Source: Tubiluchus corallicola (lineage: Eukaryota > Animalia > Priapulida). Taken from it: DNA of 64,000 nucleotides. Location of the stretch: NCBI GenBank assembly GCA_030141605.1, contig JAQGDQ010000258.1:124001-188000 (forward strand), read 5' to 3'. Every line of letters begins with the position of its first letter. Positions within the stretch are counted from its first letter, which is position 1. Positions 1 through 13,689 of this stretch are shown piece by piece. The translations under genes were made by a program, and so were the position numbers. The notes under the pieces are model-generated. The model was not told the DNA's origin. It saw only the letters and a list, made by a program, of their open reading frames with translations, and searched no databases.

Positions 1-523
1 ATTATACTTGTAACAAAGAAATGATATAACTATTTGAAAATCATACTAATTGTAATTGGAATCTGGAAATAAGACTAGGTTTACCTGTTATAGCTGTAAA
101 AACCAAAATCTAGTCAAACATAATTAATACTTGAAACTACAACTGTAATAGTAACCTTTGCATATTTCAACATGTATGTATTTTGCGATATGTAAATAAA
201 CTCGGTTGCTAACATTTATGTAAACATGACTGTGCCCTACAAATAGAGGGCTTTTTGGATTGTGCATTTGTACTACGTATTTTCTGAATAAACAAGGATT
301 ATAATAATAATACATCCCCAGTTATAGTTTTTGCACAAAATAATTGAAAAATGCAAATAAAACATTTCGTCTTCCTGTTTTTCAAAATGTCATGATACAG
401 CAAAAGTTTGAAACTTTAAAGAAAACTACGCAATTTTTTGTTCATTGTATGAAAAATTGTTTGATACATTATTTTCCCTTATAAGCTGCATAGTAAAGCC
501 TGGGTGCTTTTGAACACACTTAC

Positions 524-683
524 AATGTGTAACACCAGCTAGAGTTTGGTAAAACGTTGGCATCTCACTATCATTTGTCAACAAAACAGGAGACTGCTCC
601 TGCAAGAGCCATCTGGTCACAGCCGTGGCATCGCGATGAGCATGAAGCCACTGACGAAAATCATCGTAAGCAACCTTTTCACC
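524..683 (-). CDS. USP32: USP32 coding exon 5 (160 nt)
   Basis: ttttag| GEKVAYDDFRQWLHAHRDATAVTRWLLQEQSPVLLTNDSEMPTFYQTLAGVTH |gtaagt. Confidence 0.93.
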
Positions 684-3600
684 CTAAAAAAATTAATTAA
701 TAATTTGTAAAATCATAATTTTTAATTGCTTTAGGTCTGGTGGACAAAAATGTATGTAAATTAATGAGATACTAATGAATTTACTCTAACATCCCAACTT
801 TATCGGATACCTAAAAACATGATCTAGAAAAAAATTAAGACTTTCACAGCTCTGCATTTAAAAGGTAAGTTTTGCAAATAATTGGGCATAATCATACCTC
901 CATAAAGCAATTGGCAACAGCTTCTGGAATGTAGCCTCCCTCGCTCGCTTGGATCAATCTCACCATGTCAACTTTGGTCACGTGAGTACCAGCCTCATTA
1001 GCATATAAGCCATAAATAACTGTAAACAGAAAATGATAGTAAGACACAGTTGAAGCCATCTAACAAAAATAAACAAGGTGGCTATGAAAATTGAAAAGAA
1101 ATGTATCCATACACAAAAAGAATTCTGCAATATAGAAAATGGGGTGATAACTAATTATCGTTAACACTCTGAAAAAGGTTAAAAAACATTAACACTTAAA
1201 AAAAATTTACATGTAAAAACATTTGGTAAGTTACTTCAACTAGAATCTGAAATTTCAAACTGCAAACTATAAAACAGTACAGACTTTAGTCAAAACCACA
1301 GACTAATTTTGACTTGGATATTTTAATTTCAGAAGATTTCTTGAATTTTTTGAAATAATGTGCAAGACGATTTTAAATAAATTCAGCATTGTCTGCATTA
1401 GACTAGGTGCATTTTAACAAGATCTCTGCTTAAAGATGATGTAATGATGTTCAGTGCTGCATCTTGGCATAGAATTTATTAAGTCTGATTAAACGTGAAT
1501 TAATACACAAACTAAAATTTGTGAGTTTATCCATGAACTGATTAATGTTTGAAATCTTATCAAAGTTTCACTAGTGTTAAAATTGTACAGACTGTAAAGA
1601 CTTTGAAAAATATTTGGTTGAATACATAAACACAGTGACAAAGAGGATAAATGGATTTGAGTACATTAAACATTATGAAAAAGTAGCGCAAAGGCAAATA
1701 AAGTGGTTAATCATGATAGCAAGTCAGTTCTAATAGGGGACAAAATCAGACAGTATAAAAGTTTTGTAACTGCATCTTTTCCAAAACTATGGCTTCCATG
1801 CTGGGACACCCACTTAAAAACACAATAAAACATGTCAACTAAGGTTGTAATGATACACCTAGGTCACGATACAATACATATCTTGACACTAACCTCACGA
1901 TACGACACGTATCACAATACAACTGGGGGAGTTAGCATTTGCATGTTTTATAAAAGACTAGATGAAGCCGTTGATAATAAATGCTAGACATATTTTATCA
2001 ATCAACAGTTTTAACATTATTAAATGTTAAAATGACTCGACTAACTGTTTGATTGTTATTTATTACTTGTTTAATGTGTAGGCTATTGTTTGCATTGTAA
2101 GCCACCCGAAAACAAAACTTATAAATACTTTACATTTATAAGTTGCTTGTGCATTTCCCGATTCACTTTTGCCATTTCAGAAGCTTATATGCAAACAACA
2201 TAAATTAGTCTACCACAGCTTAAACACCTGCATTTTCAACCCCTTTGGTTGCTAGCAGTGCTTGTGCCAAGTCAACTACTGTTCAGGCACTGATTGATAG
2301 GTATCTACAGTACACTCTACAGCTGCAGTTTGAATTACCTCAAATCGTTTTTATCAGCACACAGTGCTAATTTGTTAAACCTCATGATTATCACCATACA
2401 GATGCACTTTGGCAATATATATATTGTGATAAAATATATTATGATGCATCGATGTATGGTTACATGCAAAATCTTAACCAATTAGCACCAGGTGTTATTA
2501 AAACTTACATCTCATTTTTTCTTCCTGAAAGCCATTAGTTAGCAAAACTAGTCCACAAAGTAAATCTTTAAATCCCAGGCCACGACTTGTGCCTCCAAAT
2601 GCAATATACAAATGCTGAAAAGTACCAGCAGATCAGTGATATAGTACATAATCAATAGCAGGAAATATTTCATGAAGCTGTTTGTGCATAAGTGTGTACT
2701 GATCAGAAAAGTACATATTAGGAATCCAGTAACAATTATTGTTTTTTGACAAAATAGTAGCGCATAAAAAACAAAATAAGGTTATAGTAGCTAAAGCACA
2801 TGTTTTGGATGTCATACAAAATAGAGAATATAATTTCGCTTACATATTATTGATATTGCCTATGATGCTATATAGTTACATGCTGCACTTAACACAGTAT
2901 ACAAAAGTGTTCAGGTTTTGTGAAGTATAATACTACAATAAATTCAATACTACTTGCACAAAAATTACACGTGGTTTCAATAGGCAATAGGCATGTTTAG
3001 CATCTTATCGAAATAACTGTTAAAAATCATATACATACAAAAGCTTGCTGTAATGTCATTGCGTTGATAAAAAGTCCTTAGAAAACAATCAACAAAAGTT
3101 TAAACTGTCTCAAAAACAATGAAAAGTAATTTTATTCAGGAAGTAAGAAAGCTGACTCTTAATTAGCTTGATATCAAAATCTAGGAACAATAAATTCTGC
3201 TAAAATATTTATTGTTATCTAGGACAATCCTCTAAAATGAGGAGCCTTAGCAGCATTTGTTTCTGTGTTCATTCTCCTTTATTAACACAAACAGTTGGAC
3301 ATTTAATTAGCCCAAAAAAGCTTTTCTGGTAGTCACCCATTTATTTACTAAAATTCATTAGTATTGCTTAACTTTACAGCGAATTTCAGTCTGGTGGCCA
3401 CTTTAGGAGTGCACCGAAAGCACTTTTTCATCAACAGAAACAAAGACGATGTTCTCATGCTTGTGTGCTACCAAACTGAAGCTGAACTGAATGATCGGTT
3501 ATGCTGCGGAACCGAATTCCGAATAAAATATCGAGTTAAACTGCAATACCGAACGAAGCTGAACATAATTTGCTTGTAATTACAATTGAAAAGAATTATA

Positions 3601-6600
3601 AGCTTTACAGTGTTTTACTGATTTAAATAAGTGGTGATTGTTGAGCAGCATAAAATTGTTCTGATTACTAAATCTGTGTTTGTACTTCATGGTTTATGTT
3701 ACGTAGTTAAGTATCAAGTATTTTAAAAGCAACTCAAATTGTCTCAACAGTTGTTGAAACTATTCAGTATAATCAACAAAAGACAGTATTTAAGCAAAGC
3801 TGCAATAGTATAATTGTTTACTAGCTCGAGTTCTCATTGATTCGTTTAGTTGTATATAACCAAATACAGCGCCGCTACGCTAATGCACACTGACACGATT
3901 TGTGTACATCACATCGCATTCTTCCGAGTTTTCACACAGAAACAGAAAGCAAAATGTCGGCTATCACGAGTTTTCTCGGATAAATTCTTATAAGCACTAT
4001 GGGGGAAATATTCGGTATGTTTAATATGATTTTCACTGAATGTGACAATAATTAAAAAAGTAACTTCGGCATACCAAAGGCTCACCGAAACATTAGTGAT
4101 TACAAACAAACTTTACTGGAACAAAACGTTATACTGATATTCTGGGAAAAAATTCAGTGATCCAAATATTCGGTGCATGCCTAGACTACCTGGTTATTTT
4201 TTTTGTCCATTTACATTAAGGTTCCTACATCTATCAAACATTTACAGTAATGAATGGAAGTGAATGAAAATGACTAAATGAAGCATGCGATATCAACTGA
4301 TGAACAACTCAGATAGCATCAGCCACTCATTTCTAATGGGAATGGGATGCTATCTAAAAACTACTAACAATGATTACTACACTACAATGCTATAACAGTC
4401 AATGAAATAAAAATAAAATTAGAATTAAATAATGTAAATGCTTTGTGCCCCACTTAACTTTTTTTACTGTTTGTTAAACTGAAATCAAGACTGCATAACA
4501 TTATTTACATAAAATCCTCAAATTTTTTCCAAGCTTACCTCAGCCAGCTTTGGAGGCACGCCATCACCTAACACTTCCTTAATAAAAGTCTGCTGTGTCA
4601 TGAAACCGGAAAGTGTTGATGCGCGTTTAAATGCATCTTGTAATCTTTTAAACTCCGCGGCTGATACTAAAAGTATAACAAAAATAAGTGAAAGAAAAAC
4701 ACTTTGCTAATAAAAAAGTAAGGTTAGTAATAAGAACAAGATACTTGCATAAGGTATCATATTTTCCTGTTTATTTGACACATAGCAAAAATTTCTCTAC
4801 TCAAATCATCTGCTAAATTACTTCTGAAAAATTAAACAAATAAATTTATTACTTTGGCAAATGACAAAAGAAAGGCTTTTTAAAATTTCTTCCATATCAG
4901 GCAGTCGTTATGACTCTGTAACAGACTTCATTAGACTTAAATTGGTTAAAAGGAGCGCACAGAGAGTCAAGTATTTAAATGGATAACAATAACAACAACA
5001 GCAACAGCAACAATGACAACAGTAGCAACAGCAGCACCAACAGTAGAAGCAGCAACGACGACAACACCACCACCAACAACTACAAAAACAATATATATTT
5101 CAAACATATTTACATTACATATGCATTATGCAGCTATGTACAATTGTGCATCAAAGTAATGACACAGTTGAAAGCTAAATGCCAATGTGAAAAAAGTCAC
5201 ACAGTCATAAAGTTTGTAGACTGCCTTATATAATAAATATTACAAAAATTTATTAGCTACTGGTAGGCAGTATCATTAGTTTTGAAGATAACAATGTTTG
5301 TAAAGTAAATCAAGTTGTACCCATTAAGATATTAAATTAAATAAACTAATCAAATTAAAATCACAAAATGTGTATCATGTATGTAATAAAGCTAAAAACT
5401 TAATTTACTACGCTTAACTACTCTAAACCTTCATCTTTATCCTAATTAAAGCCTTCATAATAGCTATTGCATTGTATGAAATACATATCTCCAAATCGAT
5501 ATGATGCATACATATATACAGGGTAGTGTTCAAGTACATAAGAAAACTATTGCCAAGCTCAAATTAATGCAGTTCAAAGTTTACAAGGTAATGTTGTACA
5601 ATGTAGATTACCACTTGTGCAATCAGTTATATGAGCATGTTCTATATACATAGGCCTTAGAAATGTCAATAATTTAGCAATACCTGTAAATGTCACACAA
5701 GTTTCCAAGATGTTTTATCTTTCTAGGGCTACTATTAGCCTACAATTAAACGACACATTAGGTTAGTTAGTTAGGCAATTTTAATTTTTCAATATGCCTA
5801 CCTTATAAATACCTAGGTAACATCCATAGTTTTAAAACTTGATACAACTTTAATCACAAATCAAGACAAAAACAGTTTTAAATTAATTAATGTATTTATA
5901 TTTACTGCTATTCCTTCTTAGCTGCGAATATAAGGTTAAAATTTGTCCACAATTGCAAAACAATTTGTTTAGAACACTTGCTTAAGCGTTATTGCTATCT
6001 CTTATATTAATATTTTTGGTATGTTATATATATATATATATAATTTTCGAGGCTACAGCCCGGACGACGGCACCATTTGCGGCGATCTATATATCAAACG
6101 AAAGGTCTCGATCTAGTGTCTTCTCATTGATGGTTTATTTTTCGAATCGGGCCCACCGGGAGGAACGGGGGGCGAAAAACCTCCAAACATGGCCCTTTTT
6201 CGGCCGTTTTTTTGCAAAAGTTGTACGGCTGAGATGTAGAGAACGGGAACGGGCCGAGGGGAGTACTGGGTATGGATAGGTAGCCCGTTCAGCGGTGGGT
6301 GTAGTAGGCATATTTAGAATTCCCGAGAGGGCCAGGGCGCCACGCAACGGGCATTTTCCCGGAACCAACTCGCGATTTTTTCGAATTATTTATTATTTTA
6401 TTTAAAAATTCAATATGCCAATAATTTGTCAGCATGTTATAGGTACAGATTAGGATAAAACAGGAGAAGCATACTATAACCAAAAAATGTCTATACAAAA
6501 GCAACTTCTGAAAGATCTCTCACTTAGTAAATTCCAGCAAAACTAATAAAGGTTTAGACATATGCAGGAAAAGTCATGCAGTAATCAATATTTGCATCTA

Positions 6601-9337
6601 AACCTGAACCTAGCTTCCCATAATCGACATCACTATTGGCCACTATATTACCGTGCTATAGGAAGAATTTCAAAGCAATGTAAATTGATTGATCAGATTC
6701 TTACGTTAACAAGATAAAAAAATGTAAAATTTCACAATGCATTTGTGGCACTTGATGTGCTCTAACTTTTAATTAATTTCTTAGAAAATTTCAAAACAAC
6801 TAAGTGCTTAGTATACTTGAGTGCTTGCAAAGATGAAGCTTCATATTTTCTCTTATTTTGCCAGCCAATTGATTTAATGCACATTATTTTAACACCTGCT
6901 GACATTGAATCCTAATGTTCATTTCCTTCTATAACACTGCTGACTAAGTAGTAACGTATCTGAGAGTATGTATGTTGCTTTAATATCAAGAATGTACGAT
7001 ACATTAAGTAAAAAAAGTAGTTGCTTAAAGTGCCAAGCTAAAGAAGTTCAATTTCAACATACAGTTGACTCTCGTTAAACCGGATCCCGTTAGCCCGGAT
7101 ATCGGATAAGACGGACGTCATCCGTGGTAAAGGAAACTGACCGATTTCCGTCCGAGCCCAAGCGCTAAACACAACACGGCCTACCAACTGTACAATAATT
7201 TCTTTATCCTCACAGGTTAACTATTTTAAAGTAATATACAGTATAGTATATAGTGCAATGTATATAGGCCTTATTAAGGTGATTATTCCTGTATAATATA
7301 GACTATATATAGGCACATCGGATAAATCGGACAATCGGCTAAACCGGACCACCCATCCCCCCAATTAGTCCGGTTTAACGAGGGTAGACTGTATTAATAA
7401 TACTGACTTCACACAGACTGTTTCAGAAAGTAGTACAGCTGGCTCTTAATCAATGAAGAATTAGGCCTATACAAGTAATACTAATAGATGCCCAAAATAT
7501 TAGGTGTACTTGTGCCCAAAATCAGAATCAGAAAGTAGTAAAGCATAATAAAATTGGAAACTTAGGCCTACCTTGTGTTTAATGAAATTACATAATTATT
7601 GCTACCCAGCCTCCATCTAACTGCTACTGCCATCATCCATCACAAAAGCTGGCTAAATAGTGTACTGATAAAGTAAGTTGGTTCATTTAAAACACTGAAA
7701 TACTGGCTATATATACAGTCTAACCTCGTTATCTCGCCCCTGTCTGTTTAGGGCAAATTTTTGGCGAGAGGCGAGTATGGCGAGATAACGGGAATATAAC
7801 GAAGTTAGTCTATATGTATATACATACTGTACATAATAGTTGATTAACATAGTGTTCCTCTATGTACATATAAAATATATTTCGCATTATGATACCAATC
7901 AACATTAAATCAGAAATGAAAAAATGTCATAAAAATAATCTTAGAATGTTACTTTTTTATTTAAAAAACCTTTTTTGAGTATACACTTAAATGCAATAAA
8001 CTTAGCAAAAGATTTAGAAATGTTCACAAATGAGTTACTGACGACTGAAATAATTCAGAAGAGACGACTGTTTCATTGATGATACATGCAAGCAGTCAAC
8101 ACGACGTTTAATCAAACACAATCCTTGAATATCGTCGCTTGTGACTCTGTCAGACTGTTCAAAGTATCGCATCAGTGTGTCGACAGCTGCTGCTGACTGG
8201 TCATTCGATACATGAGATGCGCCATGAGACACTTCTCCGGCTAACAGTGTCACCAAATTCCGCACTAAATACAGTAGCAATTTCCTGCTGTGTCTTTGAA
8301 GAATTATCCGTATGATAAATACAAATTTCCTTTTTTTGTTCAGGATTAAGACAAAACAGTTTTCGCTTCAGAGACATCATGTAAAGTTGCTCACACTTTG
8401 TGGAAACTCAAACTTAAACGCAGCTTTGGTGTTATAGAAGGATATCGGTGACGCTTTAGTTTCTCTGCGCATTAACCAACCACAGCACTCCTAATCTAAT
8501 CCTGGTGAGACACACACTAGATTAACTATGTCTGTCTATCGAGTACAGCAGCATTGTCTACATACCGCGGTTATATTGATCGACACGCGGTATATGTATT
8601 GATCGATTCACCTCTGAGTTTGTCTGTTTGGCGACATAACAAATATAGTTTACATAAGCACTCATCCTAGCATGACGTGGCGAGGGCGAGAAGCGAGGGT
8701 GGCGACTTAACGAGGTAAATATCAAAGCAGGAAATCCGTCCTGGTACTTTCTATGGCGAGAGACGAGTTTGGCGGCATAACGAGGGGCGAGATAACGAGG
8801 TTAGACTGCATACTGCACCTTGTCTAGTGTCTTGTAAACGGTACTACGATAAGCATTATTTCAAAATTTCGAATGCTAAATTATTTCTTCAACTCTTTAA
8901 TCTGTAATAATTTTAGCAACAAACCATTTCTAGCAAAACTGTATCTACTTATTATTCACACTAAGTCTCCATTTCTATAAAACTACTAGTTTATCTGTAC
9001 TTTGCTTTATACTTTAGTGTAAAAATGGTTAGATGATTATTGTTATATGGAACAAACGAAATTTTGAAAATCTTCAAATCTATATTCCTGGCTGAGCTGA
9101 TATTTGAACTAATTACTTTGTAACTGAAATCTTCAATATTTTATATTTTTGTGCTATATTGTACTGTATGTAACTTCTACAGACTCGTTATGACCTTTTG
9201 GAAGTAAACCAAACTAAAACAGTAAAGCTGTCTTGTTGTGACGTACTAAATAGACACATAGTGCAATTTTTTAACTTACCACGCTTAACTGCGTCATCAT
9301 AAGAAATGCAAGAAAGTTTGGAATCTTTGCCTCCCAT
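524..9337 (-). CDS. USP32: Ubiquitin carboxyl-terminal hydrolase 32, N-terminal (EF-hand) region, coding exons 1-5; gene continues beyond the left edge
   Basis: Exons 9280-9337, 4539-4666, 2509-2614, 898-1019, 524-683, all GT-AG and phase-compatible; spliced translation MGGKDSKLSCISYDDAVKRVSAAEFKRLQDAFKR...EVLGDGVPPKLAE...FGGTSRGL...NDSEMPTFYQTLAGVTH matches the USP32 N-terminus as I recall it (human MGAKESR...EVLGDGVPPKVAE...PTFYQTLAGVTH). Confidence 0.95.
898..1019 (-). CDS. USP32: USP32 coding exon 4 (122 nt)
   Basis: ttacag| (F)IYGLYANEAGTHVTKVDMVRLIQASEGGYIPEAVANCFME |gtatga. Confidence 0.9.
1840..2467. mobile_element. Decayed non-autonomous DNA transposon (hAT-like)
   Basis: Left end taaggttgtaatgatac with repeated cgatac/caatac submotifs; right end ...gcatcgatgtatggttacatgc is a loose inverted match. 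Ends approximate. Confidence 0.35.
2509..2614 (-). CDS. USP32: USP32 coding exon 3 (106 nt)
   Basis: tttcag| HLYIAFGGTSRGLGFKDLLCGLVLLTNGFQEEKMR |gtaagt. Confidence 0.93.
3404..4183. mobile_element. Non-autonomous hAT-like element
   Basis: Imperfect TIRs taggagtgcaccgaa / ttcggtgcatgccta; subterminal ccgaa/ttcgg repeats; degenerate 8-bp flanks ggccactt / gactacct (5/8). Confidence 0.6.
4539..4666 (-). CDS. USP32: USP32 coding exon 2 (128 nt)
   Basis: ttttag| (V)SAAEFKRLQDAFKRASTLSGFMTQQTFIKEVLGDGVPPKLAE |gtaagc. Confidence 0.93.
4984..5090 (+). repeat. Imperfect (AAC/AGC)n trinucleotide repeat
   Basis: aacaataacaacaacagcaacagcaacaat... read directly. Confidence 0.85.
6025..6380. mobile_element. 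GC-rich interspersed-repeat fragment, Helitron-like
   Basis: Abrupt GC/CpG-rich block after a (TA)n run within an AT-rich intron; family call is impressionistic, no terminal CTAG found. Confidence 0.3.
7062..7391. mobile_element. MITE, Tc1/mariner-pogo (Tigger) type
   Basis: TIRs CAGTTGACTCTCGTTAAACCGGA / TCCGGTTTAACGAGGGTAGACTG, TA on both flanks (7060-61, 7392-93). Confidence 0.88.
7716..8808 (-). mobile_element. Internally deleted pogo/Tigger DNA transposon
   Basis: Perfect 25-bp TIR CAGTCTAACCTCGTTATCTCGCCCC; TA left, CA right; minus-strand remnants MMSLKRKLFCLNPEQKKEICIYH...TQQEIATVFSAEFGDTVSRRSVS (CENP-B-type HTH-like, from 8380) and C-terminal KQSSLLNYF (ORF 8035-8280); no DDE core. 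Confidence 0.9.
9280..9337 (-). CDS. USP32: USP32 coding exon 1 (58 nt)
   Basis: ATG at 9337; MGGKDSKLSCISYDDAVKR then G|gtaagt donor. Confidence 0.93.
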
Positions 9338-9414
9338 CTTTTGGAAATTTATCAAGTTACTTAACGGGCAAATTACTAAAATCCAGCAGAATTTTTAAGA
9401 AACTCATAGTGTAA

Positions 9415-9460
9415 GTCGCCATTATTGTCACGTGACTCTGTTGACCACATCCGGGCTATA
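9415..9460 (-). promoter_or_regulatory. USP32 proximal promoter motifs
   Basis: Palindromic E-box GTCACGTGAC at 9427-9436 and YY1-like AATAATGGCG on the minus strand, about 80-100 nt upstream of the ATG. Confidence 0.5.
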
Positions 9461-9879
9461 GTGCAGCCCAGAAAGTAGTCAAAACGTGTCGTTTCAAGAT
9501 TACTGGGCATGAGCAACGTACTCCCAAGTCGAAACGAAACAAGATTATTTATGGCCTTTTGAAGCCTAGTTTAATACAACGATTCATGGTTGAGCTCATC
9601 CATTTATTTGTTATGAATTATTTATTATTTTCTTTCCTTATTCAACCTTTTTTCTGTCGGGCACTTGACAAGTGATAAGCAGTAAACCGGAATTTCTACT
9701 TATTATATTGGTATATGTGACAGTACCGGAATCTAGCTAATTATTAGCAACAGTTGTTTAGGATAAGATCATGGCAGATAGTTTTTGTACAATGCAACAT
9801 CTTGTTGACTGATAACATAGTGTTTCATAATATTGCAATTTTCATGTGTAAAACTAATAGCAAATTATTATCCAAGTTC

Positions 9880-10080
9880 TTGAAAAATCCTGTCAAACTG
9901 AATGCAAGATTTCATAATACACGATTTAATTAATACTTTCTTCCATATGTCCGTACGACTGCTGCTAAGCATTTCATTTCCTTTACTGGGCCATTAATTT
10001 GGAACTATCTACGTAATCATATAAAATCAGAACATAGTATTTATAAATCTAAAAAAAGCCTCAATCTCTTTGTTATGGAC
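9880..10080 (+). mobile_element. 3' fragment of a CR1/L2-clade LINE ORF2
   Basis: Translates to HNTR...LPYVRTTAAKHFISFTGPLIWNYLRNHIKSEHSIYKSKKS, the typical ORF2 C-terminal signature. Confidence 0.6.
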
Positions 10081-10699
10081 CATAATCCAAATATTTATAA
10101 TCTGTAATGTTTCATTTCACACTCAAAGAAGAACAAGAGTGGACTATACTCCATAACAAGAAGAAGTAAAAGAAACTTTGTAGGTGGGTGGACATAATCT
10201 GACTCCTCTCACCATTTTCAGTTGTATTTGCCTTGCTGATTTATTTACATTTATTACATTCTTAGGTCATGTGAATCTAATTTTTTACGTTTTTATTTTA
10301 TTTCTCTCACTTTTGTATTATATTTTTGATATCCTTTCGCTTTTCATACTCCTTTTCTTCACATTAACCACCCTTTATTTTTGCATCTATGCTTTTCTTT
10401 CTATTTGCCATATTGGGCCTGACAAGTTTTCTTTTTGGACAGGTGGTATAATTAGCCACTTTCGAATGTATTATATAATTTGAATCTGAATTTTTGAAAA
10501 ATTGGCAAAGATGCCTATGAGATAATTTCTACAGGTAGTCCTTTTTGGGTTTTTTATTTTGAAAATTATCCATCTCGTGTTGTTGGGATTTACAAATAAC
10601 TGATTTATGACAAACCAGCAAATTTTGAAGTAGGTAGGAGTAAATAGTATAAACCGCTTACTGTATTTATTCATTCACAATATTTTGCCAAAATTCTTG

Positions 10700-11650
10700 T
10701 CTTCATGAGGTCAGTAAACCTTGCCATTCCCATTCCTTTACTGTTGCTTGATATTCAAACATTCAAAGTTGCGTTTTGTCTCTTCTACATATTTTGTTAT
10801 GTACTCCTTAATTTTGTCTTTTAATGTTGTCAGTTCGCCTTTCAATGTCACTGTGGGTTTAAAGGTGGCTTTTATATTGTACTTCCGAGACATACTTCCT
10901 ATCCTGTGACTTGTGCCATGCACATGTGAGAATGTGGATGAGTTGTCCATCTCTTCTGATCTTGATCTTCGGCTGTTGTAGCATTTTGTAAGCTATTTCT
11001 TCCCTTTACTGCATCTCTCTTTCTATCTGTTTAGTCAAACCTCAGTGGGATATCCGTTTGCCTCTAATGCTGTCCGAATCGTCTTTTCCTCACCAAGTTT
11101 TGCCCTTTTTGAAGAAGGGATAGTTTGTGCTCCATGTAGTAATGTGCTTGCAGCTTTCTTGTGTATGATGTCTTGTGCACTTCTGACTGGAAGTCCAAAC
11201 AGCATTCCGTATGCGTTTGTTTTCTCTAGACAGGTACAGATAGCTTGATGAGTATCTTTTTTATTATGAGATCCAGGGAGGGTAATTATGATTATTGATC
11301 ATATTTTCTTCAGTAAATTTGATATTCAGGTTTACACTGCTTCAGGAAGGCACCAAAATCGTTTACTTTCAGGATAGACAACTTGTTGTTAATCACATAT
11401 CTCCGAATGTGTTAACAGCAATTTATTCAATAGTCTCCATTGCGATGATTGCCACAGTTACTGAGAATGGCATCAGTGGTGATCCCATTGCGGTTCCATG
11501 TATGTAGTGACACAAAGGGTATTCAAGTTCGTCAACATAACTTAAAGCTTACAAAGCGGCACGTTCGACTCACACAGACTCACAGTTACCTTTGTAGTTG
11601 TTTTTATACAAAATTACAATTGTGTGGAATTCTCTGCCATTTGTAGTAGT
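10700..11650 (-). mobile_element. Decayed Penelope-like retroelement (RT plus GIY-YIG remnant)
   Basis: Minus-strand HGTAMGSP...VAIIAMETIE near 11430-11500, and HVHGTSHRIGSMSRKYNIKATFKP...KYVEETKRNF (ORF 10738-10950); many stops and frameshifts. Confidence 0.75.
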
Positions 11651-13689
11651 AAATGAGACATGTGTATCGTGTCAACATCTATAATCATAAAAACATTAGA
11701 GAAACATAGTTTATCTATATAAGCAGCATAAGGCGTGGTAATAGTAGTTTTAGTAGTTTATATATTAAACTATTATATATATATATATATATATAATAAT
11801 AATAATCTTTATTTGCGATAAAAAAAAATCGATATTCATAACTGTAAAAGCATAAAAGAACGTCGCAGCATGAGAATAAAAATTCACACAACTGTTAAAG
11901 GCAAATGCGTCCATTGCAAACTAAGAACTACTGTGCCAAAAATTGAAAACAAAATATACATTATACTGTTACACGCAAATTATAATAGACTATATACAAC
12001 ATATACATACAATTTAAAATGGACGTGGGTAAATAAAATTTGCGGATGAATATATATTATGGTTTACGTATGTAGGGTTATCCAGAAATGCTACAGGAAA
12101 GCTGTACAGAAAGGTCGTTTCACAGATATGTAATTTAATTTACTTTATTTGAACATCTGACAACATTACAGTGTGCTGGAACAACTAGCGGCCTAATTGC
12201 AAATATATCGATTTTTCCTTTTGTCTTTTTTGACAAATGAAGTCGTTTTGCAAAAAACTGCTTATTTTCAAGAAGTCTCCAGAGTTAGTGTTCACAGCAT
12301 AGCAATTAAAATCAAAATGATTGGTTACAGTGAATAAAAACAAGAAATCTTTACATGTAATTACAGTCAGCAATGACTTAGAATAAGAAATGTAGCAATA
12401 GTTCAAGACACGCTCATTAGAATATAAGCGAAATTTTGCTAAAGTATACAGGGCACGGAGATCGTCATCCAAACAATAATAATAGTCGCTATATTTTTCT
12501 GTTTTTATATTAAGTTGTTTGGCGTATCTTTAGAAGTTTTTTGAAGTAATTCTATGTAACGGAGTTAAGATAAAATAACACAGTTAGTGAAGTGTGCTAC
12601 AAAAAGTCATCTACCTAAGGCAAATTTGGAAACCTCAACTAAGTTTGGATAACTTCTTCCGGTAGTACATTCTACGAGGATGTACGGTTATCCTTTGGAG
12701 TTTGTGAAGTGTTTAGCATAGAATTATAATTTGTTAATCACAGTCAATAGCGCCAAAGACGTCTTAAATATTTTTGTTCTGTACTGTAACAGCGATCCTT
12801 TGCTACAAAGGAAAAGAAATAGAAAAAATGTCTCCTATCCTGACTAATTAGAAACGTTGTCACATGACACAAATCATAACAAATATTTTGCATGTAAATA
12901 GCGATTTTTTGGAAGGTAGATGCAGAACCTGGTATGCTTCTTATATTTTGTTAGGAAATATTTGCCAAGTGTTTTCCTGTGCATTAAACATGTATTTTAT
13001 TTTACTATTAATCATGCTTAACTTTTGTCGATCCGCTGTGTGTGTTCGAAAATACTGTAGTTATAAAATGTAACGTTCGTATGGCGTACCGTTTGCTCTT
13101 GATTTATAATTTATAGTTGGCTGTTATTATGATAGGGGCGCGACTGTAACTGAAATTACTAACCTCTTATCTTCATAGTGCAATATATTTGAGTTTATAG
13201 TTAGGGCAGAGGTGTTTTATATAGAGTATTTGCGAAGAAGACTGGTGTATTTAATCCCGTTACTCTATTTATAGAAGAAGGCGCTTCTGCAGAAGTGATT
13301 TTAAAGCCGTGTTTGCTTCTTGTTTTGACAGACGTGATGTCTTTGGTAGACGGTTCGCAGGTTCCTGGGATCGTTGTTGAATACACGGAAGGTATTTTTA
13401 TTTATACTAGTTGATAACTGCTACAGTTTCTACATATCTGTAACTACTATGCATAAGATTCGTTCAGTAGGCTGCATGGACATTACAAAGTATTAGTTAC
13501 ACATTTTTTATGTTCATTATATATATGCTGGTATTTGACTGGTACCTATTTTATTGTACTGATCGTTGGCTGCATACTACTATTTTTTAGATTTAATATA
13601 CTACTCCTCTTTAGAAATTATTTAACTGTCAATTATAAATCTATACTAAGATCACAGGCCAAGATAATTCTTATCGAGAAGTATATACA

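Noticed and set aside
4979-5233. Asn/Ser-rich ORF, plus the DWIGL-repeat (20133-20333) and poly-Ile/His (54385-54573) ORFs
   Set aside because: Translations of microsatellites within introns.
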